Shown: positions 8,890-21,200 of the stretch, in pieces
How the letters are laid out: every line of letters starts with the position of its first letter
How positions within the stretch are numbered: position 1 is the first letter of the stretch
DNA from: Octopus sinensis
Taxonomy: Eukaryota
Direction: 5' to 3'
Length of the DNA stretch: 64,000 bases
Assembly (NCBI RefSeq): GCF_006345805.1
Contig: NC_042999.1
Span: 143,592,001-143,656,000, forward strand
The notes under the pieces: generated by a model
What the model was told of the DNA's origin: nothing
Seen by the model: only the letters and a program-made list of their open reading frames with translations
Databases searched by the model: none
Position numbers and translations under genes: made by a program

Positions 8890-11800
8890 TATCAGCTTTG
8901 TTGTCACTTTATGGCTGTAAGTTTTTCTATGATTGAGTTGGTAGCAGCTGATCTCCTCTGAGTGCATCCTTGAATGGCTGACTAGTCCAGTATTATTGTT
9001 AGTTTAGCCAATGTTTTTTGTTTCATGTTTCAGTAGAGGTTCCTTTTATATTTCTGATTACTTCAGGCAGGTAGTTGAACAGTTGAAGACCTCTTAATAT
9101 CAGATTAGTACAATAGTGATTTTGCTCATGATTTTGAAGGTGGTATATTTGGAAGTTGACAGTGTCTAACAGTTTGAGCATTAAAATTCTCTTTAATGCT
9201 GAAATTTGGAACAGGATTTTCCATATGTATGTGATAGTATATCTCTCTCTTCAGCATTCAAGATATTCCCAGTAGTTAAGGCTTTTAATCAAAGGTATTT
9301 CACTGGTAAACGTTCTTTGTAATCCTTCAATTTCTTCTATGAGACCAGATGAGTTAGGAGACTAAAATAAGCTAATCTGTTCAGAATCAGGTTTTCCATA
9401 GAGTTAGCCTAACTACTGGTTCTCTTGTCATGAAAGTTTGCAGGATTCATCCTATGAGATGTCTGCATTTACAGGTCAGTTTGGTGATGTAGATAATGAA
9501 AGATGCATCATTTGACATGATTACTCTTAAGTCCTGTATGTCATTAGCACTCTGAATCATTCTGGCATCTGAAATTTTGATGTATTAAATTTCATATTGT
9601 TTTAATCCATCTATTGATAAATGAGGTTTGGATAGTCATGATATTTTAGTATCATCGGTGTAACTCGTTATTTTGGATGAGTGCACTTGTGACAGGTTGA
9701 TAATAAATAATTATAGTGCTAGAACCATTCCCTGAGGCATACCACGTATTGCAGGAGACTTTGCAGAGTGAAAACCATTTCCAACAACCAATTGGTTCTT
9801 ACGTAGGAAATCAAAGGGCCATTATCTGAGTTTTCCTGAGATACCAAAATTCCTTAACTTATGACAAATGATTCCATGAACAATCTTGTCGAATGCCTTA
9901 ACAAAATCAAAGTATATACAGTCAATGTTCTTTCCTCTCAAGAGATTATTAAGAATAGAGTTATGGTGCTGTAATAGAATCCAAAAACCATGCTGTATAT
10001 CATCTATGGGGTCGTTTTCTACAAGGCATGTACTAATTCTATTTCAGACAATGCATTTGATCATTTTAGATGTGTGAGATGTGAGAGAACAAGTTTGTAA
10101 TTTTTAGCTTCAACCTTGCTACCTTCCTTTGTGTATAGGTGTTACTATTGTGTCTTTTAATAGTTCTGGGAATTTGCTGGTATCCAGTGACTTTTGAAAT
10201 AGTATCTTTAATGGTTTCACAAGGCTGTTTTTGCATGATTTTAGTAGTATGGTTGGGAGACCATCTGGTTCAGATGCTGAGTTTGAATCTAAGTCATTAG
10301 CTGTAAGCTGAGTACTGGGGATCAAAGAATTCATTTGGCTCATATATTATTTTGTTAATATGGGAAGATGCACTGTTATAATGTCAAGTAAAGAATGTAC
10401 ATATTTGTGATGAATCATTAGTATATGATCCATTAGATGACCAATCTGGTTATGCATTGCTGATTTTTATTTAGCAAAGGGGAAATAGAACTTAGAAATA
10501 GATTTTATATTTTACACTGCTCGTTGTTCTCTTAGGGAAGTTTCTTTTTCATGAGATAGTTTTAGGTCCAGTTCAATGTTCTTTTTTCTTTTCTCAATCT
10601 TGTCTGTTGAGAGAATTTGTTTTTTTTTTAGTTGTTTTGTTGGTCTAATTCTGTTACATATTAGTATCTATCTATCATGAAATCAAGTGCTTGTGGGAAC
10701 GGGTGTGCTTATATGGGACATACTTTCAACAGATCCTGATTAACTCTTTGTATAGAAACTTCATAAACTTCTTGACTGAAATTGTCAATTTGGTTCAAGG
10801 ATTTCTGTTTTGAATTCATTTCACTTGCACTTCTTGAAATTCAGGTTCCTGAGGAGTGAGTCATGTTTGATGTTATTTGTGTGTGTTGCACTCTTTGAAC
10901 CATATGCAAATAATTGTAGTATGTTGTGGTTAGAAATAGCTGTGGGAATCATCTGAACATTGTGAGTGAAGTCTGTATTGATGGTAAAGACTAGGTCGAG
11001 TATGTTATTTCTCTTAGTTGGACAGGTAATGATTTGTTGTATGTGGAAGTCTTTTTGTAGTATTGAAAAGAGTATTCATTGAGATTAGGAAAACTAAAAT
11101 CCCCTGCTCAAAGTACATTGGCCAGTGGGCTGGCCTCATTTGAGTTTGACTTATGAGTGACAAAGTATCTTTGAAGTGATCTCCATGGTTAGCTCCATCA
11201 GGATGACTAGATAATGCCTATGATCAAATTGAGGCCAATCACATGCATTATTAGTGTATTGCACACTGTTGGAGTGGGAGAAGAGGATATTTGTTGCCAG
11301 GTCTTCTTGGATGAAGATCACTATTTCTCCTTCTTTCCATATTCTGTGGTCAGTTCTTTGTAGTACATAATCTGGTATATGTACTTCCACATCCAATATG
11401 TCTGGGATCAGGTGCATTTCACTTAGTGCTTCACATATTCTCTTTTCTTGCTGTATGAGGTCTCACTTGCTGTGCAAGGTCTCTAAGATATGATACTTAA
11501 GTTCAATTTGTGAAGTGTGGACGACCTTGTACATTTGGCATTATCATAAAGTTGAGTTTGTGGGTTAATGACAGCAAAAAGTCTTTTTTATTTCTTTTGC
11601 CAGATTCATTATGGTTAAAAAAGAATTTTCTTGTTTTTTTTTTGGTGGTGGTGGTGGTGGTGGTGTGTGTCTGGAGTTGGTATGGTTGCACTGTTGAATA
11701 TGGTTATAGCTATTTTACAATAGATATCTGGGTGACTCCTGGGTTTTGATGAAAGTCTGGACCAATACTGACACTGTAAGGAATGTTTCTACTGTGGATT

Positions 11801-12200
11801 TGGTTGTGGTTTGAAGTCATGCATTTACTGGTGCATTGAGTCCCTGAAAGATGAGTGAAGGGACAGTTGCACATCAGACATAATCTTTTGTGTTGGGAAT
11901 AGCAACAGATTTTAAAGGATTTTGGGTTACATGTTTAGAAGTTATTAAGTGTGATTTAGCATTTAGTAGTGATTGTAGTGGTGCTGTAAAGAGTGTGGTT
12001 TGGCATTGGTTGGTATTGCTTGTATGACTTGTGCATCTTGTCCCAGGAAAATGGGTGAAGCTACAATCACTGCATATGCATAGTCTCTCGTGTTGGGCAT
12101 AGAAGCATATTTTGGGGTTTTGTGTGTTTATGATTTTACTTTATTTACAGTTGGCAAATTTATCATGGGGCTGTCAGGTATACATTCAGATTGAAGTGGA
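8890..12200 (-). mobile_element. Degenerate near-full-length CR1-group LINE (ORF1 Cys/His finger, AP endonuclease, RT)
   Basis: Minus-strand remnants: PKICFYAQHERLCICSDCSFTHFPGT (about 12040-12120), ALSE.HL.PDILDVEVHIPDY (endonuclease), SASEPDGLPTILLKSCKNSLVKPL..IVTPIHKG, YFDFVKAFDKI, GMPQGMVL, SYTDDTK (RT). Confidence 0.85.
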
Positions 12201-12636
12201 TAGTGGGACCGGGTGGGAAGAAAGGAATGGTTCTTCACTAATTGTAGTAGTAGTGGTAATGGTAGTCACTGTAGAATAGGATGACAATGGTGATGATGGA
12301 TCTCTTGTGTTATTTTGAGAAGAATTTGAGCGGCCTGACTGTGGAGAAGAGCTAGAGACTGTGTTGTTTAACAGGTCATCAAGTGTTCTAGTATTGAAGA
12401 GGGACTGCCAATGCTGATCATGTTGTTGTTGCTATTGTCTAGTTGTGGTAAGGGTACTACTAGTAGAACATAATGAGAATGATGATGATGGGTCACTTGT
12501 GGTATTTCCAGGAAATGAGAAAGTGAATGGCTACACAGGGAAGGGCTCTTGATTGTGGAGTTTAATATTTCATCAATTGTGCTAGTATTGAAGAGTGGCA
12601 GTGATTTTTGTTGTTGTTATATTATTGTTACATATA

Positions 12637-12960
12637 TCATCATCATCATCATTGCTTAATGTCCACCTTCCATGCTGACATGGGTGGAATGGTTTGACAG
12701 GAGCTTGCCAGGCACAAGCCTGCACCAGACTTCTGCAAATGTTTTGCAGGATTTTTACAGTTGGATGCCCTTCCTAACACCAACCACTCAGCAGAGTGGA
12801 CTTAGTGCTTTTTACGTGGCACAAGTACAGGTGAGGTCAGTTTTGGCAAGGCTTTTATAGCTGAATGCCCTTCCAAATGCCAACCACTTTACAATGTGGA
12901 TTGGGTGCTTTTAAGTGGCACCTGCACTGACAGGGTTACTAAGTACTTGCGAGACAAAAA
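12637..12960 (-). mobile_element. RTE-derived 3' repeat
   Basis: (CAT)n followed by TTCCATGCTGACATGGG...GGATGCCCTTCCTAAC, with an internal duplication of that motif. Confidence 0.75.
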
Positions 12961-14233
12961 AAAATCTCTTTTGAGAGGGGAGAGGGCATTGGAGGATGTG
13001 ATCTTATGTCAGATGATGAAAGGTTATAAACAGTTGTCTTACTGTAGAGGACGTACAAGGTTACCCGGTCGGGGAAGTGAGAGAGAGATTTTGTCTTCCT
13101 GTGCAGTCATATTCTCCAATATTCCTGCATAAAAAAGAGTTTATTATTAGCTGACAATGTATTCTTTGTTCTGTATTAGGTTTCATTTCATTTGGTATAG
13201 TGGTTGCTGTGAAATATTAGTGTAACTTTTAATGCAAGTTTTGCTTCCCCACCCTGTACACATTCTCCTACATTAACTGTATAATGTTATAGTATTATTT
13301 CTGTATTGCCCATCTGCTGCAATGTTTTAATCCAGAAATTAAAATAATTTAACTGTCTGTCCTGGGTGATTTATATTATTTATATAATTTAAATTTAGTT
13401 TAATTATATAAATTATTTATGTCTTCAGTAAATATTTCAGATCTATTAGCTATTTATTTTATATGCAAATCAAATAGAAACAAACATAAAAAATCAATGA
13501 ATGATTAACCTTGTTATTGCTATTATGTAACTCCAAGTCATTTAATGGAACAGATCTATGAACAAAGCCATTCTGGATATTACTAACCCATCAGTTTTTT
13601 CAAGCATTGTGTATTTAGAATTATGTCAGCTAATGTATTCTTCCCTTTTTAAAGACGATAATGTGTTTTAAGAAAGATTTGGAAGCTATTTCTGGCAGGT
13701 CAGGCAACAATGTAGAGGCTACTTAATTGGTCTAGACTAGCACTGAATATGGATGTGAATTTCAAGGGAATTAGCAATATCAGTGAAGTGAAAAACTTTA
13801 AACAGAAAATGGAAAAAAAAAAATGTGACCTGTTTTGATGGTCAGGAGTTTGCATTTATTCAGCAGTGTTGTTTGCAAATTTATAGATAACTAAGTATCT
13901 TCATGTTAGTATTGTTACTGCATTTACATTGATTTTTTTTTTCCATGCAAGTATGAATGAGAGATCTTTTTAATATTCGAATAAGGTATGTTTCACTCTT
14001 CCTAGTAAATTGAGTTTCCAATATTGTTTCAGTGTTGGTCCCATTAATCTACAGAAAAATTAGACCAAATTCTAAAAGTAGTTGAGTAAGAATTTTAAAC
14101 CTACAGTTTGTTTAATGAACATTGTTCATTGGTTCTTTTCTCCATTCTCAATATTTGACCTCAACATTTACAAGTTTGATGGAGAAAAGAACCAATGAGC
14201 CATGTACAAGATGGAATTATTACATCAGTCAGA

Positions 14234-14495
14234 TCATCATCATCATCGTTTAGCGTCCGCTTTCCATGCTGGCATGGGTTGGACGGTTCAACTGGGGTCT
14301 GGGAAGCCAGAAGGCTGCACCAAGCCCAGTCTTATCTGGCAATGTTTCTACGGCTGGATGCCCTTCCTAATGCCAACAACTCCATGAGTGTAGTGGGTGC
14401 TTTTTACGTACCACTGGCACAGGTGCCAGACGAGGCTGGCAAACATCCACGATTGGATGGTACTTTTTACGTGCCACCGGCATGGAGGCCAGGCG
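14234..14495 (-). mobile_element. RTE-derived 3' repeat
   Basis: Near-identical reverse complement of 3300-3493. Confidence 0.85.
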
Positions 14496-14969
14496 ATGTT
14501 TATGGGAATTATCAGCCAGTTAACCAATGATGCACATTGATGGTTACTTAGGGGCTCCCATGTTTTGAGATGCATGCAGATGTCAAAGTGTACCAGTGAT
14601 CATTGTTCCTTGCATCTTTTAATGCATCACTCTATGTTCTGTCAGTTAGTTGCATGTTCTTGTTGATTGTTTTGTGCCAATTCAACTTTGGGTGTCCTGT
14701 CTGTTTCTTTCCATAAGTTTTCCATTGAAGGACTTAGTTAGTGAGTCTTTCATGTGGGAATTGCATTACATGACTCAGCCAGCTCAGATAATGTTTGCAC
14801 ACAAAGTTAGACAAAGGTTGGTTGGCTTGTTGCATGTCTTGGTTGGTGATGAAGTCAATCCATTCAGTCAATGAAAAACAGTTTGTACTGCCAATTGCTT
14901 AGTAGAGCATCTTTCAAAGCGTAATACCAGGTTTGAAAGCAAGCTATCGGATAGACTTTTGAGCAAACC

Positions 14970-15165
14970 TTTACATGGTTGCTCAACCGACTAGAAATAA
15001 CAGCTAATCTCCCTGAAATCACAGCATCACAATCTTAAAATAAAGGAAGTACACATTGGATAATGTAGACATAGATATTACTAAAATGATGGAATGGTTA
15101 TGGCAGGAATGTTTCATAGTATTCATAAGTTCAGTCAGGTCTGAGCTGAGGCTAAAGAACAACAG
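14970..15165 (+). mobile_element. Interspersed repeat family C (CTAGAAATAGCAGC-type, (CAA)n-like tail)
   Basis: GGTTGCTCAACC..CTAGAAATAACAGC..AATCTC...GACACATTGGATAATGT...GATGGTCATGGC recurs at about 13500-13730, 33850, 45600-45800, 46300, 59000, 60280-61090, 62060-62470 and 63680-63830. Confidence 0.65.
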
Positions 15166-15659
15166 TTTTTGTTAAAGCCAACTTGCTGTAAGTAAACTTC
15201 AGCATTTGTGGCTTCCCCACAATGTTATACAGGTTGAACCTCTTAAAGCCAGCAGCTGTTATAGTCTTGTATGTTTTGAAATTTTTGGTTTTAAGATCCA
15301 CTCTTGTCTTTATGTCACTTAACTCTTTGACAGAGCTGCAATATGAGAGTTGTGAAAATGGCACAGCACTTTCCTTGATGTAATGGGGATTTTGAATCTT
15401 GAGGATTCCTTGATTGGCCTGGGTTGGAAGTTCTTATGTAGCAAGCAGTCTGCTGCATCATTTATTATTTGTAATTCATGCCTTTTTTTTTATGTATCTC
15501 CCTTCACTTTATGTCTGCTTTGCAATTATCCACCTCATATATCATCTTATTCATTATCATACCATTTATATTCTGGGATTGATGTAATTGTTTGACCATC
15601 CTACTCAGAATTGTTGGCTTTGTGCTTAAATTAGACACATTAATATCGTCATTAAACCA

Positions 15660-15875
15660 GCAAGCTGGCAGAATTGTTGGCACACCATACAAAATTGTTA
15701 GAGGTGTTTCCACCAGCTTTATGCTCTGAGTTCAAATGTTGCTGAGGTTAACATTGTCTGTAATTCTTTCAGGATTGATAAAATAGGTACCAGTTGATGT
15801 ATTTGACTAGGGTCCTACCCCTGCTAAAAATGAGTTTCAGGCCTTATACCATATAATAGAAAGGATAATTATTAT
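15660..15875 (+). mobile_element. tRNA-derived SINE family B (Deu/Nin-like central domain)
   Basis: AGCTGGCAGAATTGTT...CTGAGTTCAAAT..GCTGAGGTT..CTTTC.GGATTGATAAAATAGGTACCAG. Related copies at 33355, 44710, 51790, 52030 and 55505. Confidence 0.65.
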
Positions 15876-18180
15876 TCTTAGCATCATCAGAAGAGGCACT
15901 GGATTCCTTTGTTTAGATTTGCTTGTGCTGCATTCCTGACAATAACATCTGTTAATTCTCACCAGGTCTTCATTTAACTACGCTTAAATTTTTTTTTAGT
16001 TCACAAAAGGAAAAAAAAACCAAAAAAAAAAATACGGAAAAGAAAAGATGTTTTTATCCATTTATTTTTCTTCAGAATATGAAAATATAGAGAGTACAAG
16101 ACAGAAACTGTATCAAGAATTCAGTTTATCTGTGAGTTAATTAGTTATTTAGGCAGTCACATTATTAGTCAGTTTGTTAATTTTAGTGAATTTGTTAATT
16201 TATAATGATCTGTGGCTGTAGTTGCAGAGTGAGACAATTTCCAATTTTTCCAAACATCAATCAGCCTCATTTATTTCCATCATCTGCATCCTCTCTGTTC
16301 ATTTCTTGGTGTTGCACAATCTTTTCCCTTGGTGTTTTCATACCTCTTTACCAGGAGTTTATCCACACGTGACTGTATTCACTAGAGCTAGAATGTCCTG
16401 ATGTTAAGTTGCATAACCAAAACACTTCATTTAATCAGATGACTTGTTAATTAATCAGCTCATTAATTAGCTATGCATATTAACCAGTTATCAGTTAACA
16501 ACAGTGAAAATGGCAGCTAATGGACTGATGCGTTTTTCAAATTAAAATTTTTTAATTACATGAAATCAGATATGGTATGCAGAAATGGAATCTTGCTGTT
16601 TTGCAATTTTTGCATTACATGAAAATATGCTGAACATTTCACCAATATCTGCTCACCCTATCAATATAGTACTATATAGAGATACAGTAATTGTCTGCAT
16701 GGAAGCTTTAGTGTGATCACCATACTTGCTAAAAATAAGTCAAATTTCATTCAGCTTATATCCCACAGAATTGTTCGAGTATTGAATAGAGTGCTTTGTG
16801 TTTGTTCCAATTCCTTGCACTTTGGGTTTCAGTCCTGTTAAGGTTGGCTTTGCCTTTCATCACTTCAGGCTTGATAAAGTATCAGGCCAGAGTAATTAAT
16901 GATTGACAGATCTGTTAGAACAGATATAGGATGCCTTGCGGTGTCAGTTCCAATAGCAACACCAGCAGTGAATGATTCTTGTGCCTAGTAATACCAGCAA
17001 TTACTTTTCCCTTGGACATTGGAAACATGAAGAAGGGACATAGTTTGGACAACTGTTGGTTTTGTACAAAATCAAAAACCAAAACCTTTCCTAGGTCAGC
17101 ATATCAAAGTGGAACATTCTAGGTGCAAGTCTTTCATTTCATGAAACACACCTGTTGGATAATGCAATTATAGAGATACAGTAAGATTAACTACAACAAA
17201 GAAAGTATCTTACGTAATTTCTATTTCTATAATTTATTAAAGAAAGAAAATTCTTACAGACATTCATGAAATTTGCTGTCTCATACAGAATAATGTAAAA
17301 TAAATAGTTTTCTACAGCAGGATATACTTGTTCCTTCTTCATCTTCTGTCTCATTTTTATCTTTATTTTATTATAATCAACCATCTCTTATTAATTGCAG
17401 CAGCATCTGCACAAAATTCTGCAATGTTTATTTTTCACTAATAATTGTAAACTGCAGCAGTTGTAAATGAGTTCTGTTACTAGGAAGATGTGCACTGATA
17501 TGGGTAAAGGCATTTATTTTCATATGTTAATAATATGGGCAATGATCATCATTGCTGTCAACTTGGTCATCATTATTGTAATTATTATGTCAACATGTCA
17601 TCTTTGTTGCTATAACAACCATATTATTATAATCAACATCAGTATCACCACCATTGTATTATCTCAACTACATCATAAAAATATTGAACTAACAGCTCTT
17701 GGATCCTGAGTTCACTGTGGCTATATCAAATATGTTCCACATTACTTTTGTTTATGTAGTTATCAAAATCTAGGATTTAAATTTTCTGGGAAACAGAAGG
17801 GTTGGACATGAAAAATCTGAGCACAAATCAGGTAATTGCCTTTTATTGTAAGAAAATTAACTATTTACTTTGTTGAAGAAAAGTGGTCAAGTGCAAATAA
17901 TATTGGATAACTGGCTCAATTATCTCACTGTCTCATTGCATTGTGGATTTGAATAATATGTTTAATTCTCCAAATCTTCAAGTTTGCTGTAGGCATTATA
18001 TTTATTCATCATTGCCACTTTTCCACTCTTGTTTAACCTGTCTTGTACATGACTTAAACTATACTAAGCTCAGTCTTGACTCAGATTGATGAATAAGTTT
18101 CTATTGATTTAATGTTTATATTTTCTCACAGGAATTGTCTGTTAAATGGAAAAAAAGTCCTGACATTTTTCTTAGCCAAC

Positions 18181-18208
18181 ATGGTAGCTAATCAGCCGAC
18201 CTCTGCAA
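18181..18208 (+). CDS. FBXL15: FBXL15 coding exon 1 (MVANQPTSA)
   Basis: Acceptor TTTTCTCACAG at 18131, AACATGG start context, donor AA|GTAAGT in phase 1. Confidence 0.7.
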
Positions 18209-21200
18209 GTAAGTGTCTTCTGTATATGTATGTGTGTGTGTGATTACATGGGTCGTTGTGTAACTCTACTTGTCAGCAACATAATCACATCTGAACAGGA
18301 TTGCGCAAATCTTTCCTCTGTGTATGTGTTGGTTTTGTGTAGTGTATTTGTGTTTGTGGAGATTCTGTAAGTGCATATATGTTTGGAGGGACTGTATGAC
18401 TGATTGTAGCAGATCTGTGTATTACTGTGTCTATGGAAGTGTGTGTTTATGTTTTTGGAGGTTTTGTGTGTGACTGTGTCTGAGGAAGGGTGCATTTTGT
18501 CTGTTGAGGGTGTAACTGTATGTGATTGTCTGGGGAACTTGTGTAGCTTTCACTCTTCTCTAAAGTAAATTTATTATTGACTAACTGAACTCTACAAATA
18601 TGTTCTCAAATACTTATGTGTTATACAGTTATATATTATTTTTATTTCTTCTGTCTTGTTACCAAACGCAGTATCCTTGAATTTGGATTCAGTTCCTTCT
18701 AATTCTTCCTTTACCTATGGTTGTAAGTCAGATCTTTTCTTGTAATGGCAGAGATTTCGAATGAAAGGTGTCAAACATTTTAACTAACATGAAACAGTAA
18801 TAAACTAAATTACTAAATTTACCTACCTCACCTTCCAAAATTAGCTATATGCCAAAAAAATCACTATCACTATGATTTTATTCTTTCTCTAATTTTCTCT
18901 ATTTTTAAAAATATTTTTCAGACTTTGAAAAGACTTTCCTTGACTTACCCTGGCAAGATGTCTTATGGAAGCAAGTGCTACCATATCTCAGCATCAAAGA
19001 TCTCTTCTCTTTGCGCTTGGTTAATTCTCATTGTAAAAGACTAGCTGAAGGTTATTTCAGCTCACTAAAACAACTAGATATATCTACCGTCTCAGATCAA
19101 ATCACTTTGACAGCCTTCAACATTATCATAGAAAATACTCAGAATTTGACATCACTCAATCTCAAGAATTGCACTCAGTGTGCCTGTGAAGACACTCTTG
19201 TTTACCTCATTGAACGTAACCCCCGTCTTTCAAAAGTTTCCTTCAAGAATTGCAATGCCCTCTCTGACTGTGTGTTGCTGACACTGTCCACCACATGTCT
19301 TCACCTCACACATTTGAACCTCTCCCATTGTACATGGTTACACAATGTTGGGCTGGTGACAATAGCCTTTAAATGTCACTCACTGAAATATCTCAATATC
19401 AATTCCTGTTTCAATATTACTGATGAAAGTATTCGAATTTTGGTTTTCAACTGTCACAAGTTAGTAATTTTTTTTTCACTCTTCTTTTCTGTCTCTTTTT
19501 CTCACTCACTTTTCTGTCTCTATTTTCTCATCATCATCATCACATCTAAGGGTGGTGGGTGGACTTGTGAGTGTATCAAACAAAATGCCTCGGGTATTTC
19601 ATCCAATTCTTTAATGTTCTGAGCTTTAATGTTCAGGGAACTGTCAACAAAGAACACTTTGTAGCTCAATGCTGTCTTCCATGCAAAGTGCTGAATGTTG
19701 ATTTTATATATATATATATATATATAAAGTAACTATATGAAAGCATTATTGCTGTTAAAAACTGTAATAATGAGGCAGTTAGCAAGACTTCTACCTTAAT
19801 AAGTATAATATTAAATATTTGAATAAAAGAAGGGTAAAAATACTGCTTGCCAAAGATGAAAACGAAAGCTTCAAAAACCACCAATCGTGTGTGTATTTAT
19901 CGTAGGATTGGTGGTTTTTGAAGCTTTCACTTTTATCTTTGGTAAGTGGTATTTTTACCCTTCTTTTATTCAAATATATATATATAATACAAACACAGTA
20001 AGCATGCACATTCCAAAGCCTCTTCATCAGTGCTGTCTTCTGGAAATTTTGTATCAGAATTCTCTTTGCCTAGATTACATGTCTGCATTGCATAACTTAC
20101 CATGTTATATCTGTTTCCATTCTTTTATTTTGATGCTTTGTCATTCATTGTTTCCTGATAATCTACTCTGAGATGACAGTTAAAAACTCTTACTATATAT
20201 TCTTGAGCATTACTTGCTACTTTGTACAAGATATAGTGGTGGAGTGCTTCCATTCAGCCTCAAGACCTCAAAATGTTAACAAGTATTCAACTATAGGAAG
20301 CATATCAATTGAAAGTTTAGTGTCATAAACATTGAGAGAGTGCAGTATTAAAGCCACCAAGCTCTCAGTTACTTCTCTACTGCCCTGTCTTCATTGTCAT
20401 TTATGTTCTCCCTGTATATCAATATATGTATATATTTTTTTTACTGATCCCAATCATTAGACCATAGGGCTCCACCTCCAAATGCATAATCAATTATATT
20501 GATTACTGTATTTGATGGCTGAAAAAAAACGAAGCTAACTAGGATAAAATTTACACTCTGAATTTAAGGGGACATAACTAGTCACCACAAAGTATTTCTT
20601 CTGATTCCCTCCTGGTTTAGTCACCCATCACTAGGTTTTCATGTGTGTGTATTTGTGTGTGAGTGAATGAATGAAGGTGTCTCTGATCTAGCTGACTTGA
20701 CCATTATATAGACCAGCTAATTTTCTCTTGGATGTCTTTATTATCTCCATTGCATCTCATCCCCACCACCATAGATCCCTTGCCAAACCTTTAAGTAAAA
20801 CTTTCTCTGAAGTATATTGCTGTGGAATATACACACTCCTGCTCATACCTGTTTTTGTTTCTTCAACTATTTATTGTCATGAACTCATATTGGTCATTAA
20901 TCATATTTAAACAATCAGTTTTCTATTCCTTGGCATAACCCTTCATCAAACTATGATTAAAAGTAATTATATCATACAACTTTTCAGTCAGTTGTCTAGT
21001 TTGTTAACAACTCTCTTAACCATGTTTTAAAATTATGTTTTATTTTGAAATTTCTTTAATAGATTAACCACTCTGAAGTTCAGCGGTGTTTACAATATAA
21101 CTGATTATAGTATTGAGATGGTCAGCAAGGCTTGTCCAGAATTGGTCCACTTGGATATTCAAGGTTGCTATCGGTTAACTGAAGCTTGTGTTAAGTAAGT

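Noticed and set aside
19460-19622. Hydrophobic C-terminal tail of ORF 18975-19622 as a transmembrane segment
   Set aside because: Read-through into the pyrimidine-rich intron after the donor at 19459.
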